This document shows positions 37,999-47,580 of a stretch of 64,000 nucleotides of DNA, piece by piece. The translations under genes and the position numbers were made by a program. The notes beneath the pieces are model-generated. The model was not told the DNA's origin. It saw only the letters and a program-made list of their open reading frames with translations, and made no database searches. Numbering within the stretch: the first letter of the stretch is position 1; each line of letters begins with the position of its first letter. The stretch spans positions 237,151 to 301,150 of the forward strand of contig JAQGNY010000010.1 of NCBI GenBank assembly GCA_028293825.1, given 5' to 3'. This stretch comes from Verrucomicrobiaceae bacterium (GTDB lineage: Bacteria > Pseudomonadota > Gammaproteobacteria > Pseudomonadales > CAMLJR01).

Positions 37999-38873
37999 AT
38001 AACGCCAAGGCCCATTTAAAGAGCGACAACATGAGCATGTGGATGCGTCGTCAATTCACCGATTATCTGGCCAAGGTGCTGGGTACCGCCGCGACCTTGT
38101 TCGGGCTGTTCTGGCTGGCGTGGATCTTGTGGACCACGGTCAGCAAAGGCCTGCCGGCGCTGAAGTGGGAGCTGTTCACGCAAATGACGCCACCGCCCGG
38201 CGCCGATGGCGGTCTGCTGAACGCGTTTGCCGGCAGCATCATCATGAGTGGTCTGGCGGTTTTGATCGGCACGCCGATCGGCATCGCGGCGGGCACTTAT
38301 CTGTCCGAATACGCGCGCTATTCGAAATTCGGCGCCACCATTCGCTTCGTCAACGACATTCTTTTATCGGCGCCGTCGATCGTTATCGGTTTGTTCGTGT
38401 ACGAATTGATGGTGCGGCAGATGGGCCATTTTTCTGCGCTGGCCGGTGCGGTGGCGCTGTCATTTATCGTGTTGCCGGTAGTCGTTCGCACCACCGATGA
38501 AATGCTGCAATTAATTCCATCGACGATGCGCGAAGCGGCGTTAGCGCTGGGCGTACCGCAGTGGAAAGTGGTGCGTCAGGTGCTTTATCGCGCGTCGATG
38601 TCGGGCATCGTGACTGGCGTGTTATTGGCGCTGGCGCGGATTTCCGGCGAAACCGCGCCACTGCTGTTCACCGCGCTCAACAATCAATATTGGGCGAGCA
38701 GCCTGCTCGATCCGATGGCCAATGTGCCGGTCGTCATTTTTCAATATGCGATGAGTCCGTATGAGTTTTGGCATGCGCTCGCGTGGGCTGGCGCCTTCGT
38801 GGTGACGATGTTCGTGCTGTTACTCGGTATCGCGTCGCGCTGGCTTCTTCTTAAGGGAAAAAATCATGAATGA
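37995..38873 (+). CDS. pstA: Phosphate ABC transporter permease PstA
   Basis: Permease with [16 protein letters not shown] loop; operon context. Confidence 0.95.
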   Translation: MNNAKAHLKSDNMSMWMRRQFTDYLAKVLGTAATLFGLFWLAWILWTTVSKGLPALKWELFTQMTPPPGADGGLLNAFAGSIIMSGLAVLIGTPIGIAAGTYLSEYARYSKFGATIRFVNDILLSAPSIVIGLFVYELMVRQMGHFSALAGAVALSFIVLPVVVRTTDEMLQLIPSTMREAALALGVPQWKVVRQVLYRASMSGIVTGVLLALARISGETAPLLFTALNNQYWASSLLDPMANVPVVIFQYAMSPYEFWHALAWAGAFVVTMFVLLLGIASRWLLLKGKNHE

Positions 38874-39684
38874 CTTAGCTGCAGTAAAGCAGAAGAACGT
38901 GGCAGCCGAGGCGGGTTCCATCGCCACTGCCGATGCGAAAATTACCGCGCGCAATTTGAATTTTTATTACGGCAGTTCGCACGCGGTGAAGGGCGTTAAT
39001 TTGTCGATTCACAATAAGCGCGTAACCGCTTTGATTGGACCTTCGGGCTGCGGGAAATCGACGCTGCTGCGTATTTTCAATCGCATGTATGCGATCTATC
39101 CGAAGCAGCGCGCGGACGGCGAGTTGTTATTGGATGGCGTCAATGTGCTCGATGGCAATTATTCGATCAATCGCTTGCGCACCAAGGTCGGTATGGTTTT
39201 CCAAAAACCGGTGCCGTTCCCGATGTCGATTTACGACAACGTCGCCTACGCGATTCGGCATTACGAAAAATTATCGCGCGGCGAAATGGATGGCCGCGTG
39301 GAAGAAGCATTGCGCAATGCCGCGCTGTGGGACGAAGTTAAAAATAAACTCAATCAAAGCGCATTGGGTTTATCGGGCGGGCAACAGCAGCGTTTGTGTA
39401 TTGCCCGCGCCATCGCATTAAAACCCGAAGTATTACTGTTGGACGAACCGACATCGGCGCTCGATCCGATTTCCACCGCCAAAGTGGAGCAATTAATCGG
39501 CGAGTTGAAAACGCAGTACACGGTATTGATCGTTACGCACAACATGCAGCAAGCCGCGCGCGTATCGGACACCACCGGCTTTATGTTTATGGGTGAGCTG
39601 ATCGAATTCGGCGCGACCGAAGATATGTTTACGCATCCAAAAAATCAAAAAACAACAGACTACATTACCGGGCGTTTCGGTTAA
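38866..39684 (+). CDS. pstB: Phosphate ABC transporter ATP-binding protein PstB
   Basis: Walker [10 protein letters not shown], signature LSGGQQQRL, Walker [12 protein letters not shown]. Confidence 0.97.
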   Translation: MNDLAAVKQKNVAAEAGSIATADAKITARNLNFYYGSSHAVKGVNLSIHNKRVTALIGPSGCGKSTLLRIFNRMYAIYPKQRADGELLLDGVNVLDGNYSINRLRTKVGMVFQKPVPFPMSIYDNVAYAIRHYEKLSRGEMDGRVEEALRNAALWDEVKNKLNQSALGLSGGQQQRLCIARAIALKPEVLLLDEPTSALDPISTAKVEQLIGELKTQYTVLIVTHNMQQAARVSDTTGFMFMGELIEFGATEDMFTHPKNQKTTDYITGRFG

Positions 39685-39714
39685 CACCGCGCTGCCATTT
39701 CGGAGAAATTTTTT

Positions 39715-40443
39715 ATGACGCCTCCCCATATCGTCAAAGCTTTCGATCAAGAATTACAAACGCTCACTAGCAGCATCGGTGCCATGGGCGATTTTGCCGG
39801 CGCGCAATTTTCGGATTCCGTGCAAGCCTTACTGCGCGGCGATTTAGTGCTGGCGCAGCGCGTTATCGATCAGGATCGCCAACTCGATGCGTTACGCCGC
39901 GATCTTTCCGCAGCGGCCGCTTCGGTGATTGCGCGCAGACAACCGATGGCGACGGATCTCGACGAAGTGTTATCGGATTTTCGCATCGTCGAAGAATTGG
40001 AGCGCATCGGCGATCTGGCGAAAAATATTGCCAAGCGCGCGACAGCGGTAAGCAGCGCTAATTTTCCGCTAGAAATCGTGGAAATGCTGGAGCGTTTATC
40101 CGCTCTCGCCGCCGCGTTGCTGAAGGGCGCGCTCGAAACTTATGTAACGCGCGATGCCGAACAAGCGATTGTGGTGCGGCAGCAGGATGAGGAGATCGAT
40201 GAATTACACACTTCGATTTTTCGCGATATCGTATCGCGCATGACGGCCGATCAGTCGCAGGTTATCGATTTTGTGCATTTATTATTCTGCGCAAAAAATA
40301 TCGAACGCATCGGCGATCACGCAACGCATATTGCAGAGGCCGCCTATTTCACCGTTACCGGCCAACGGCCGCCGCTGGAAAGACGACGGCTCGACCAAAG
40401 CAGTTTAACGAAAAGTGCTGACACTGTTTTTAACGTGGAATAA
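39715..40443 (+). CDS. phoU: Phosphate signalling complex protein PhoU
   Basis: Duplicated PhoU repeats (ELERIGDLAKNIAKR, NIERIGDHATHIAE). Confidence 0.95.
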   Translation: MTPPHIVKAFDQELQTLTSSIGAMGDFAGAQFSDSVQALLRGDLVLAQRVIDQDRQLDALRRDLSAAAASVIARRQPMATDLDEVLSDFRIVEELERIGDLAKNIAKRATAVSSANFPLEIVEMLERLSALAAALLKGALETYVTRDAEQAIVVRQQDEEIDELHTSIFRDIVSRMTADQSQVIDFVHLLFCAKNIERIGDHATHIAEAAYFTVTGQRPPLERRRLDQSSLTKSADTVFNVE

Positions 40444-40493
40444 AGCACAGCTTTGAGCGTGGCATAAGCAGGACGCAGAGGTTAAATGAATAT

Positions 40494-40525
40494 AAAAGCG
40501 TGCCGATTACGGTGCGCTTTTTTTT
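40494..40525 (+). terminator. Rho-independent terminator of the pst-phoU operon
   Basis: Stem AAAGCGTGCCG / CGGTGCGCTTT (two G-U pairs) with loop ATTA, followed by a run of eight T. Confidence 0.75.
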
Positions 40526-40619
40526 ATTAAAAATAATAATGCCTGATCATTTTCTGCCACTTAAGCAAGCGTGCAGCGATTCGATAACAATCGTTCGCAG
40601 CGTGAAACTAATAGTCGAA

Positions 40620-40860
40620 TAAAAATTAAATAAGAGGCGACGAAAAAATCGTGCGGAGTCTTGGTGAGGATCAAATAAAATTCGAGAGTGGGCGGCTCGC
40701 ACAAGAATTAAAGAGGTGACTGCTACGAAAATTAAGGTCAGTACATGCGGGAGTTAATGTAGTGCAGCAGTTTAGAAAAGCAGTCAGTGCGGGAGTTTTA
40801 AAAGTCAGTACGAGAATGAAAAATTAGCTGCAGCGCCGTGAACTGTAAACGCTTAGTGAT
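40620..40860. repeat. Purine-rich non-coding tract with degenerate direct repeats (GTCAGT x3; RTGCGG(G)AGT x3)
   Basis: GTCAGTACATGCGGGAGTT at 40737-40755, GTCAGTGCGGGAGTT at 40783-40797, GTCAGTACGAG at 40804-40814, GTGCGGAGT at 40651-40659. Hand count of 118 purines in the 180 nt 40621-40800. The track lists no ORF of 60 aa or more. Confidence 0.45.
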
Positions 40861-40896
40861 CGCCACTTGCCTCGCCACCTAAGTGGACAAAGTAAG

Positions 40897-40987
40897 TGGC
40901 GGTGAGAGAGGGGTTCGAACCCTCGATACGCTATTAACGTATACACGCTTTCCAGGCGTGCTCCTTCAACCGCTCGGACACCTCACC
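40897..40987 (-). tRNA. tRNA-Ser (anticodon GGA), with long variable arm and encoded CCA
   Basis: The reverse complement reads GGTGAGGTGTCCGAGCGGTTGAAGGAGCACGCCTGGAAAGCGTG...GAGGGTTCGAACCCCTCTCTCACCGCCA. It has a 7-bp acceptor stem, a CT-GGA-AA anticodon loop and a GGTTCGAAC T-loop, and is near-identical in layout to E. coli serX/serW-type tRNA. Confidence 0.95.
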
Positions 40988-41086
40988 GAATCAAGAAAAT
41001 CACCAATATCTGGCAATTTCTGGAGGCGCGCACTCTAGCGGAGAACGCCTTCATTGGCAACCCAATCGGCGTTGCGCATGCAGTTT

Positions 41087-41947
41087 TCAATGCACGTAGA
41101 CCGAAGCGCCAACGCGCAATTTGCCGCTTTGTTTCGGCGCGCCGTAAATACCCACATTCTGTTCGGCTTGTTTGACGATGGTGCGCAGGATTGTCTTGTC
41201 GGCGCCGAACTCGCGTTGCGCGCGCGTGACCGCGCCGCATCGTGGCGTAGTACCTGCGCAATCGACCGCCGCATCGCCCAGCGTTATCTGCGAGCCGATC
41301 CATTGCTGCTCAACAAGTCCTTCACTGGTGTCGGTATCGATGACAACATTGGGGCGAAACCGCCGCACATCCCAGTCGGACTCGGGATTTACTGTTTTTA
41401 AATACGCCAGCGTTGCCGTGGTGACGATATGAAAGGGCGTCACCAAAAAGAAGGTGCCGGGCAGCGACACAAATTCAGCCGCTGCTGCCGGGAATTGCTC
41501 GAAAAAGTCGGGCAGCGGTTCACCGGATTCGCGATCGAATGTGGCTTTGAGTTCGCTAAGCCAGGTGTGCTCGTCGCGTTTGTGGCGCCGATAGAAATCG
41601 AGATCGGATAACGGTCGCAGCGATTCCAATGTCGATGCGTGGCCGGTGAGCTCCGATAGTCGCGCATGGATGTCGGTGTTATCGGTGCCGATTAATGCAC
41701 CGTCGGGGAATAGCACGTCGACGTTATGGTCATCGGCAGCATTCGTATTTCTGCTGCGCGCCGAGCACAGCAGTAATTCAGGGCGGAATTTACAGCTTTG
41801 AATTTCCTGACGCGCGAGGTCGCGCAATGCCCACACGCGATCGCCCTGCAATCCCGTTGCGCCCAGATGGCAGGATTCGAGTTTTTCGCCGGCCATGCCT
41901 TTTACCGGGTAGCGCCAAATCTCTTTGATCGTGCCCACTTTGCGCAT
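41087..41947 (-). CDS. MOSC domain-containing protein (YcbX-like, N-terminal beta-barrel + MOSC)
   Basis: MRKVGTIKEIWRYPVKGMAGEKL...GLQGDRVWAL N-terminus and the conserved Cys in TTPRCGAVT. ATG 41947 is preferred over the upstream start. Confidence 0.8.
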   Translation of the reverse strand: MRKVGTIKEIWRYPVKGMAGEKLESCHLGATGLQGDRVWALRDLARQEIQSCKFRPELLLCSARSRNTNAADDHNVDVLFPDGALIGTDNTDIHARLSELTGHASTLESLRPLSDLDFYRRHKRDEHTWLSELKATFDRESGEPLPDFFEQFPAAAAEFVSLPGTFFLVTPFHIVTTATLAYLKTVNPESDWDVRRFRPNVVIDTDTSEGLVEQQWIGSQITLGDAAVDCAGTTPRCGAVTRAQREFGADKTILRTIVKQAEQNVGIYGAPKQSGKLRVGASVYVH

Positions 41948-42131
41948 CGGTTTTCTCGGAATTGATTGCTCGAATGAGTTCCAACTTTGCTGCGGTCGCG
42001 CATTTGCGTCAACGAGGCCCAATATCTTTCTAATCTTTTAAGCTCATTCGGGCCAGGCGGCGGGAGCCGGAAAGGCCTGCCCATTGTGATATTCTCCGGC
42101 CAGATTCCCCGCTTTCGGATTTCATCGCATC

Positions 42132-42776
42132 ATGAAAATTACCATCGTGCCGGTCACGGCATTTCAACAAAATTGCAGCATTTTGATTTGCGAAGCGACC
42201 AAGCGCGCAGCTCTCGTCGATCCAGGTGGCGATATGCCGCAATTGCGCGCCGCATTGACGCAACTCGGCGTCACTGTCGAAAAGGTTTTCCTGACCCACG
42301 GTCACATGGATCACTGCGGTGCGGCGGATTTGGTGCGCAAAGAATTCGGCGTGCCGATCGAAGGGCCGCATCGCGAAGATAAATTCTGGATCGATCAATT
42401 AGCGGCATCGTCGAAAATGTTTGGATTGCCGCCAGCCGAAGCATTCGAGCCGGACCGTTGGCTTGAGGATGGCGACACTGTGACGTTCGGTGAACAAACG
42501 CTGGAAGTCGTATTTTGTCCGGGCCATACGCCGGGCCATGTGGTGTTTTTTCACCGCGGTGAAAAGGTCGCGTTGGTGGGCGATGTATTGTTTCAAGGCT
42601 CGATCGGGCGCACCGATTTTCCGCGCAGCAACCACGACGATTTGATTCATTCGATTCGCGAAAAATTATGGCCGCTCGGCGACGATGTAGTGTTCGTGCC
42701 AGGTCATGGTCCGACTTCAACATTCGGCGCGGAGCGACGCACCAATCCGTTTGTTGCCGATAAACGCTTCGGCTAA
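42132..42776 (+). CDS. MBL-fold metallo-hydrolase (YcbL/glyoxalase II-like)
   Basis: LTHGHMDHCG (HxHxDH), CPGHTPGH, GDVLFQGSIGRTDFP, PGHGP. Confidence 0.9.
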   Translation: MKITIVPVTAFQQNCSILICEATKRAALVDPGGDMPQLRAALTQLGVTVEKVFLTHGHMDHCGAADLVRKEFGVPIEGPHREDKFWIDQLAASSKMFGLPPAEAFEPDRWLEDGDTVTFGEQTLEVVFCPGHTPGHVVFFHRGEKVALVGDVLFQGSIGRTDFPRSNHDDLIHSIREKLWPLGDDVVFVPGHGPTSTFGAERRTNPFVADKRFG

Positions 42777-42821
42777 TTTTTTATTTCCTCTTTTCGACAA
42801 TTTTTATAAGGGCAGTGACTC

Positions 42822-43193
42822 ATGTTGTTGTATTGGCTCGACGTGCGCTTGGCGCGTGTTGGTTTAATCGTGGCGGCGCTCGCCATCACAACACTGGCGC
42901 TAATGCCGGGGCCGGACGTGCCGATCACCACAAGCTGGGACAAGCTCGATCACTGGACGGCTTTTTTCACGCTGGCATTTTTAGCCAATCATTCCTTTCC
43001 GCGCCTGCCGTTTTGGCGCGCCATAGCGTTGGCGTTAGTGGCGTACGGCATCGGTATCGAAATCGCGCAATCGTTCACGCCGACGCGTGACGCCGATCCG
43101 CTCGACGTAGTGGCGGATTCGATAGGCATTGTTATTTACGGTGCAGTATTGCAACTGCGTTTGGCTCTGTTTAAGCCCCAGCTCGCCGAATAG
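42822..43193 (+). CDS. VanZ-like family membrane protein
   Basis: WDKLDHWTAFFTLAFL and GIEIAQSFTPTRDADPLDVVADSIG are typical VanZ signatures; about 4 TM. Confidence 0.65.
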   Translation: MLLYWLDVRLARVGLIVAALAITTLALMPGPDVPITTSWDKLDHWTAFFTLAFLANHSFPRLPFWRAIALALVAYGIGIEIAQSFTPTRDADPLDVVADSIGIVIYGAVLQLRLALFKPQLAE

Positions 43194-43210
43194 CTTTCGG
43201 GCGGCGCCAC

Positions 43211-43672
43211 ATGAAAAATCTACTGATCGTCTATCACTCGCAATCCGGTACCAATGCGCGCTTGATGCAGGCGGCGTATGACGGCGCGTTGCAGGAAAGC
43301 GAGGTCGAGACCCGGTTGCTCCGTGCCAGCGAGGCCAATACCGAAGATTTATTGTGGGCTGATGCAGTAATTTTTGGTTCACCGGAAAATTTTGGTTATC
43401 TCTCCGGCGGTCTAACAGATTTCCTTGCGCGCACGTTTTATCCGTATCAACACCATGCGCCGAATCGCAACTTAGCGTATGCGTTAGTTGTCGGCACCGG
43501 CAACGATGGCAGCGGCGCAATACGACAATTACAGCGGATTGTGCGCGGTTATCCAATGCGCGAAGCCGCCGAAGCCATTATTGTGCGCGGCGAAATCCAA
43601 GCGGCCGATTTATTGCGCTGCGAGGAATTAGGCTTAACGATGGCAGCGGGCCTCGCCCTCGGTATTTTTTAA
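43211..43672 (+). CDS. Flavodoxin-like fold protein (NAD(P)H-dependent oxidoreductase family)
   Basis: LLIVYHSQSGTNARL and VIFGSPENFGYLSGG are flavodoxin-like FMN-binding loops. Confidence 0.7.
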   Translation: MKNLLIVYHSQSGTNARLMQAAYDGALQESEVETRLLRASEANTEDLLWADAVIFGSPENFGYLSGGLTDFLARTFYPYQHHAPNRNLAYALVVGTGNDGSGAIRQLQRIVRGYPMREAAEAIIVRGEIQAADLLRCEELGLTMAAGLALGIF

Positions 43673-43896
43673 AACGCTTTAATTGAATTGCGTTGTTTCT
43701 ATTTTGAACAATTAAACCTTTATCGCGCGATTTACACCTATGCGTTTGAAAATACTCGAATCCACATCCATACTCACTTCAGTTTTTCGTATTGCACTCC
43801 TGCTTTGATTTTACTTTTTGCTATCTCCCCATCAGTGACGGTCGGGTTTGTTATTCGGGATTAATGTTGTTCTCGCCGTAACTCGAAGGCCTTTAT

Positions 43897-46293
43897 TTGC
43901 CCGCTTTTATTTCACGCCAGCGGCTCACTTCGCTTCTGATTCCGGTGTTGGTGTTGTCGGTTTTAATTTACGAAGTGCTGCACACGCCGATTTATACCGA
44001 AGGCGAACTCAGTGCTATGCGCGAGAAAGCGGTTGCACTCGCCACGTCGGGCGAATTCGATTCGGCACTGGAGCAATTGCGCGCGCTGTCCGAAGTGGCG
44101 CCCGACAATCGCGGCGTGTGGGGTGATTATTTATCCGTGTTGGTACGTGCGCAGCGCGAGCGCGAGGCATTAGTTTTATTCGCTGCTAATTCGCAGCGCG
44201 CATTACCCGATTACACGTTGGCCGATTTATTTGCCGCCGCATTGAGGCAAAAAGATTTCGCGCTCGCGCGACAGCTGGCTGATCGTGAAATTGCGCAAAG
44301 TGCCGAGCCGCAAAAAATTACCGAGGCGCGCGCCGATGCATTGGCCGCCGCTGGATTTGCTACAGCGCCATCGACGACTTTTGCCACGGCCACTGAATTT
44401 GCCGAACCTGAAGCAGCTCTTGAATCACAACCAGCCGTCGAATCGAAATCGGCCGCCGAATCTGCGGTTGGGGTGGCGGCGCCAGTAAGAGCTGCGCCCC
44501 GGTTGCATCGGTCGTCCGCGGCGCCATCGACACGACCTGCGCGATTCTCGAATCAATCAGCAGTAATACCAGCGTCCGCGCCGCGTGCTGCCGTAACCGA
44601 TACCGCTGCCGAGTTCGGTGAGCGTGCCGGTCTTGCCGTCCGCGAAGCCGAAGATGCGCCGGCCAGCGAGCGGGTCGTGCGCGCGCAAATGGCCCTCGCA
44701 GCGCTCGATCAATACGCTCAAGCGCTTGCGGACAATTACGGCTCGGCAGCACAAATCCGCAACGAACAACTCGACCGCGTGCGCGCACTGACGCTGGCCG
44801 GCCGCCTCGATGAAGCCGCCACCGTATTCGAAACGTTGGGCGATACGGACCAGTTGCCGATTTATGGCTTGTTGAACGGCGCCGACCTTTATGTGCGTCG
44901 CCAGCAACCGGCGCGCGCGCAGGCGTTGCTCGATATCGCATTGAGGCGAGAGCCAAACAATCGCAACGCGTTGGTGGCAAGCTTTCGCAATCAGCTGGAC
45001 GGCGAACATTATCGCGCTGCCGCAACGACGCTAGGGCAATTGCGAGACACGGCGACTACATCTGCCGATCGGCGCAACAGCCGCTTGCTGACCGCGCAAC
45101 TCGCCGCATACACCGATCATTTGCAAGCCGCGCAGACCGAACTGGAAGCGTTGCGTAGCGAGGAGCCCGATGCTGCCGATGTGCATCTACGGTTGGCGCA
45201 AATTTATCGCTGGCGTGGCTGGCCCCGCCAGGCGCTCGACGAATACCGCCATGCTGAAAATTTGTCTGCCGATCCGGCCTCCACGCAGTTCGGCGAAATC
45301 GCCGCGCTCAACGATGCGCACGAGTATGCGGCAGCGCGTGCACGACTCGATTCGGCGGCAACGCATTCGCCTAATCATCCCGATTTAAAGGCCGCGCTAA
45401 TAGAGCGACGCCAACAGCAGCAGTGGCAGTACAGCGCGCAGGTTCAAGCCGGCAAATCGGATGCGAGCCCAGTTACCGGCACCGGCGATCTCGCCTTTGA
45501 TCAGCGGCTTACATCGCCAGTTTTGAACGATCAATTTCGCGTATTCGCACATCAGCATTACGACTGGGCCAAGTTTCCCGAAGGCAATGGCAGCGCTGAT
45601 CGATTCGGACTTGGCGCTGATTATCGTTCGGCGCAATTCGATACCGCTGTCGAGCTGACGCGCCGAGCGCCCGGCAGTGAAACGGGTGGTTCGCTCAGCG
45701 GCGAATGGCACGCGAATGATCGACTGAGCGTGTTCGGCGAAGCGCAAATCGATTCCTCTGCCGTGCCGTTGCGAGCATTGAATGCCGGTATCGACGGGGA
45801 TTCGGCGACTGTCGGCGCGCGCTATCGCGTCGACGAAAACCGCCAGGCGCAGATTGCGTATTCGCGGGCCGAATTCAGCGACGACAACAATCGCGATGCC
45901 GTCAGCGCCAGTTACAAACAAACCTTATTGCGCGAAGGTCGCCAGCAAATCGGCGTGATCGGCCAGCTCTATTACGGGCGCAATTCGGCCGGCGACAACG
46001 TGCCGTATTTCAATCCGGCGCGCGAAACCGCCGCCACCGCCAATCTCGAATATTCAGGCCCGCTGTGGCAGCGCGAAACGACGTTCTGGTCGCAGCGCGT
46101 ATCGGTCGGCGCTGGTGTGTACGACCAACAGAATTACGGCAGTCATCCGATTTGGGATGTGGAATACGAGCAGCGTTGGCGCTTCAGTCCGGCCTTCGAA
46201 ATCAACTACGGCCTGCTGCATCGCAGTCGCGTTTACGACGGGGGACGCGAAGGTTACAGCGCGTTGTTCGGCGGCGTGAATCGGCGCTTTTAG
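43897..46293 (+). CDS. pgaA: PgaA-like poly-beta-1,6-N-acetylglucosamine export porin (TPR periplasmic domain + C-terminal beta-barrel)
   Basis: 798 aa with a hydrophobic N-terminal signal-like segment, TPR-like helices, alternating beta-strand pattern and a terminal Phe (...GGVNRRF). Lies immediately upstream of pgaC. The TTG start is uncertain. Confidence 0.78.
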   Translation: MPAFISRQRLTSLLIPVLVLSVLIYEVLHTPIYTEGELSAMREKAVALATSGEFDSALEQLRALSEVAPDNRGVWGDYLSVLVRAQREREALVLFAANSQRALPDYTLADLFAAALRQKDFALARQLADREIAQSAEPQKITEARADALAAAGFATAPSTTFATATEFAEPEAALESQPAVESKSAAESAVGVAAPVRAAPRLHRSSAAPSTRPARFSNQSAVIPASAPRAAVTDTAAEFGERAGLAVREAEDAPASERVVRAQMALAALDQYAQALADNYGSAAQIRNEQLDRVRALTLAGRLDEAATVFETLGDTDQLPIYGLLNGADLYVRRQQPARAQALLDIALRREPNNRNALVASFRNQLDGEHYRAAATTLGQLRDTATTSADRRNSRLLTAQLAAYTDHLQAAQTELEALRSEEPDAADVHLRLAQIYRWRGWPRQALDEYRHAENLSADPASTQFGEIAALNDAHEYAAARARLDSAATHSPNHPDLKAALIERRQQQQWQYSAQVQAGKSDASPVTGTGDLAFDQRLTSPVLNDQFRVFAHQHYDWAKFPEGNGSADRFGLGADYRSAQFDTAVELTRRAPGSETGGSLSGEWHANDRLSVFGEAQIDSSAVPLRALNAGIDGDSATVGARYRVDENRQAQIAYSRAEFSDDNNRDAVSASYKQTLLREGRQQIGVIGQLYYGRNSAGDNVPYFNPARETAATANLEYSGPLWQRETTFWSQRVSVGAGVYDQQNYGSHPIWDVEYEQRWRFSPAFEINYGLLHRSRVYDGGREGYSALFGGVNRRF

Positions 46294-46302
46294 CGGAGTG
46301 GA

Positions 46303-47580
46303 ATGATCGACATGCCTTTTCAATCGACCATCGATAGCCTGCTCGCTTTCGCCTATTACTATCCATTGTTCATGTCCTACGTGTGGATGTGTGGCGGCCT
46401 GTACTACCGTTTTCACTGGGAACGTGGCGACCGCAGCACGCCGCCGGCGCTGAAAAATTATCCGGGCGTTTCGGTGCTGGTGCCGTGTTTCAACGAGGCC
46501 GAGCAAATCGAGGAAACGCTGCGCTATCTGGCGCTGCTCGATTATCCGAATGTCGAAATCATCTGCATCAACGACGGCAGCCGCGACAATACCGGCGCGA
46601 TTCTGGATGCGCAAAGCACGGTGTATTCGAATTTGCGCGTCGTCCATCTCGCCACCAATAGCGGTAAAGCGAAGGCGCTGAATGTCGGTGCGCTGCTGGC
46701 GAAAAACGAAATTCTGGTGTGTATCGACAGCGATGCGGTGCTCGATCCGAGCGCCGTCATATGGTTGATTTCGCACTTCGAGAACTCGCCGCGTCTGGGC
46801 GCTGTTACCGGCAACCCGCGCATCCGCAATCGCTCGACGTTGCTCGGCAAAATTCAGGTCGGCGAGTTTTCCTCGATCATCGGTTTGATCAAGCGCGCGC
46901 AGCGCATTTACGGCCGCATCTTTACCGTGTCGGGTGTTGTCGTGGCGTTTCGTCGCGCCGCGTTGCAGCGCATTGGTTTCTGGCATTCGAATACCGTCAC
47001 CGATGACATCGACGTGAGTTGGCGCCTGCAGCTCGATCATTGGGATGTGCGGTACGAGCCCAACGCGCTGTGCTGGATTTTGATGCCGGAAACCTATACC
47101 GGTCTGTGGCGCCAACGCCTGCGTTGGGCGCGCGGTGGCGCGGAAGCGGCGTTGCGCTATGCCGGCGTGATGGCGCAGTGGCGCTCGCGGCGGATGTGGC
47201 TGGTGTTTATCGAATACTGGCTGAGCGTGGTGTGGAGTTATGTACTCGCGGCGATCGTGATTCTGTGGTTGCTCGGCAAATTCGTGACGCTGCCGGAGGC
47301 CCTGCACGTGCCCACTATCGTGCCGGGCTGGCACGGCGTGGTGCTCGCATCGACCTGCTTGCTGCAATTTTTTGTCAGCCTGGTGATCGACGGTCGCTAC
47401 GAGCCACGATTGCTGCGTAATTTCTTTTGGATGATCTGGTATCCGCTCGCGTACTGGCTGATCACGGTATTCACCACCGTGGTGGCGGTGCCGCGCACCA
47501 TCTTCAATCGCAAGCACGTCGGCACCTGGGTCAGCCCGGACCGTGGTGTGCGCGCGGCGCCGGTAGAGGCGAGCAAATGA
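46303..47580 (+). CDS. pgaC: Poly-beta-1,6-N-acetyl-D-glucosamine synthase PgaC (GT2)
   Basis: Near-collinear with E. coli PgaC: VLVPCFNE, NDGSRDNT, CIDSDA, GAVTGNPRIRNRSTLLGKIQVGEFSSIIGLIKRAQRIYG, TDDIDVSW, QRLRWARGG, WVSPDRG. GGAG RBS. Confidence 0.96.
   Translation: MIDMPFQSTIDSLLAFAYYYPLFMSYVWMCGGLYYRFHWERGDRSTPPALKNYPGVSVLVPCFNEAEQIEETLRYLALLDYPNVEIICINDGSRDNTGAILDAQSTVYSNLRVVHLATNSGKAKALNVGALLAKNEILVCIDSDAVLDPSAVIWLISHFENSPRLGAVTGNPRIRNRSTLLGKIQVGEFSSIIGLIKRAQRIYGRIFTVSGVVVAFRRAALQRIGFWHSNTVTDDIDVSWRLQLDHWDVRYEPNALCWILMPETYTGLWRQRLRWARGGAEAALRYAGVMAQWRSRRMWLVFIEYWLSVVWSYVLAAIVILWLLGKFVTLPEALHVPTIVPGWHGVVLASTCLLQFFVSLVIDGRYEPRLLRNFFWMIWYPLAYWLITVFTTVVAVPRTIFNRKHVGTWVSPDRGVRAAPVEASK

Noticed and set aside
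40860-40990. Idea that tRNA-Ser marks an integrated genomic island
   Set aside because: Neither side carries an integrase or a clear duplicated copy of the tRNA 3' end. The left flank is the core pst-phoU operon after only ~370 bp and the right flank is a MOSC gene. It is kept only as a possible scar (see the finding on the purine-rich tract).
40983-41401. ORFs 40983-41303 (-), 41035-41274 (-), 41054-41401 (+) next to the tRNA
   Set aside because: All overlap the 3' half of the MOSC gene in other frames. They are Arg-rich shadows.
43035-43556. 173-aa minus-strand ORF spanning the VanZ-like/flavodoxin-like junction
   Set aside because: It overlaps two plus-strand genes with family signatures. 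It is R-rich with no motif.
44360-45025. 221-aa and 150-aa minus-strand ORFs within pgaA
   Set aside because: These are shadow ORFs in the Ala/Arg-rich TPR-coding part of pgaA, with no start context or motifs.
46054-47517. 487-aa ORF on the minus strand, the fourth-longest ORF in the window
   Set aside because: It is entirely antisense to pgaC and the pgaA 3' end. Its translation is R/H/A/Q-rich low complexity with no motifs, whereas the plus-strand pgaC is near-collinear with E. coli PgaC. This is a typical shadow ORF of GC-rich coding DNA.
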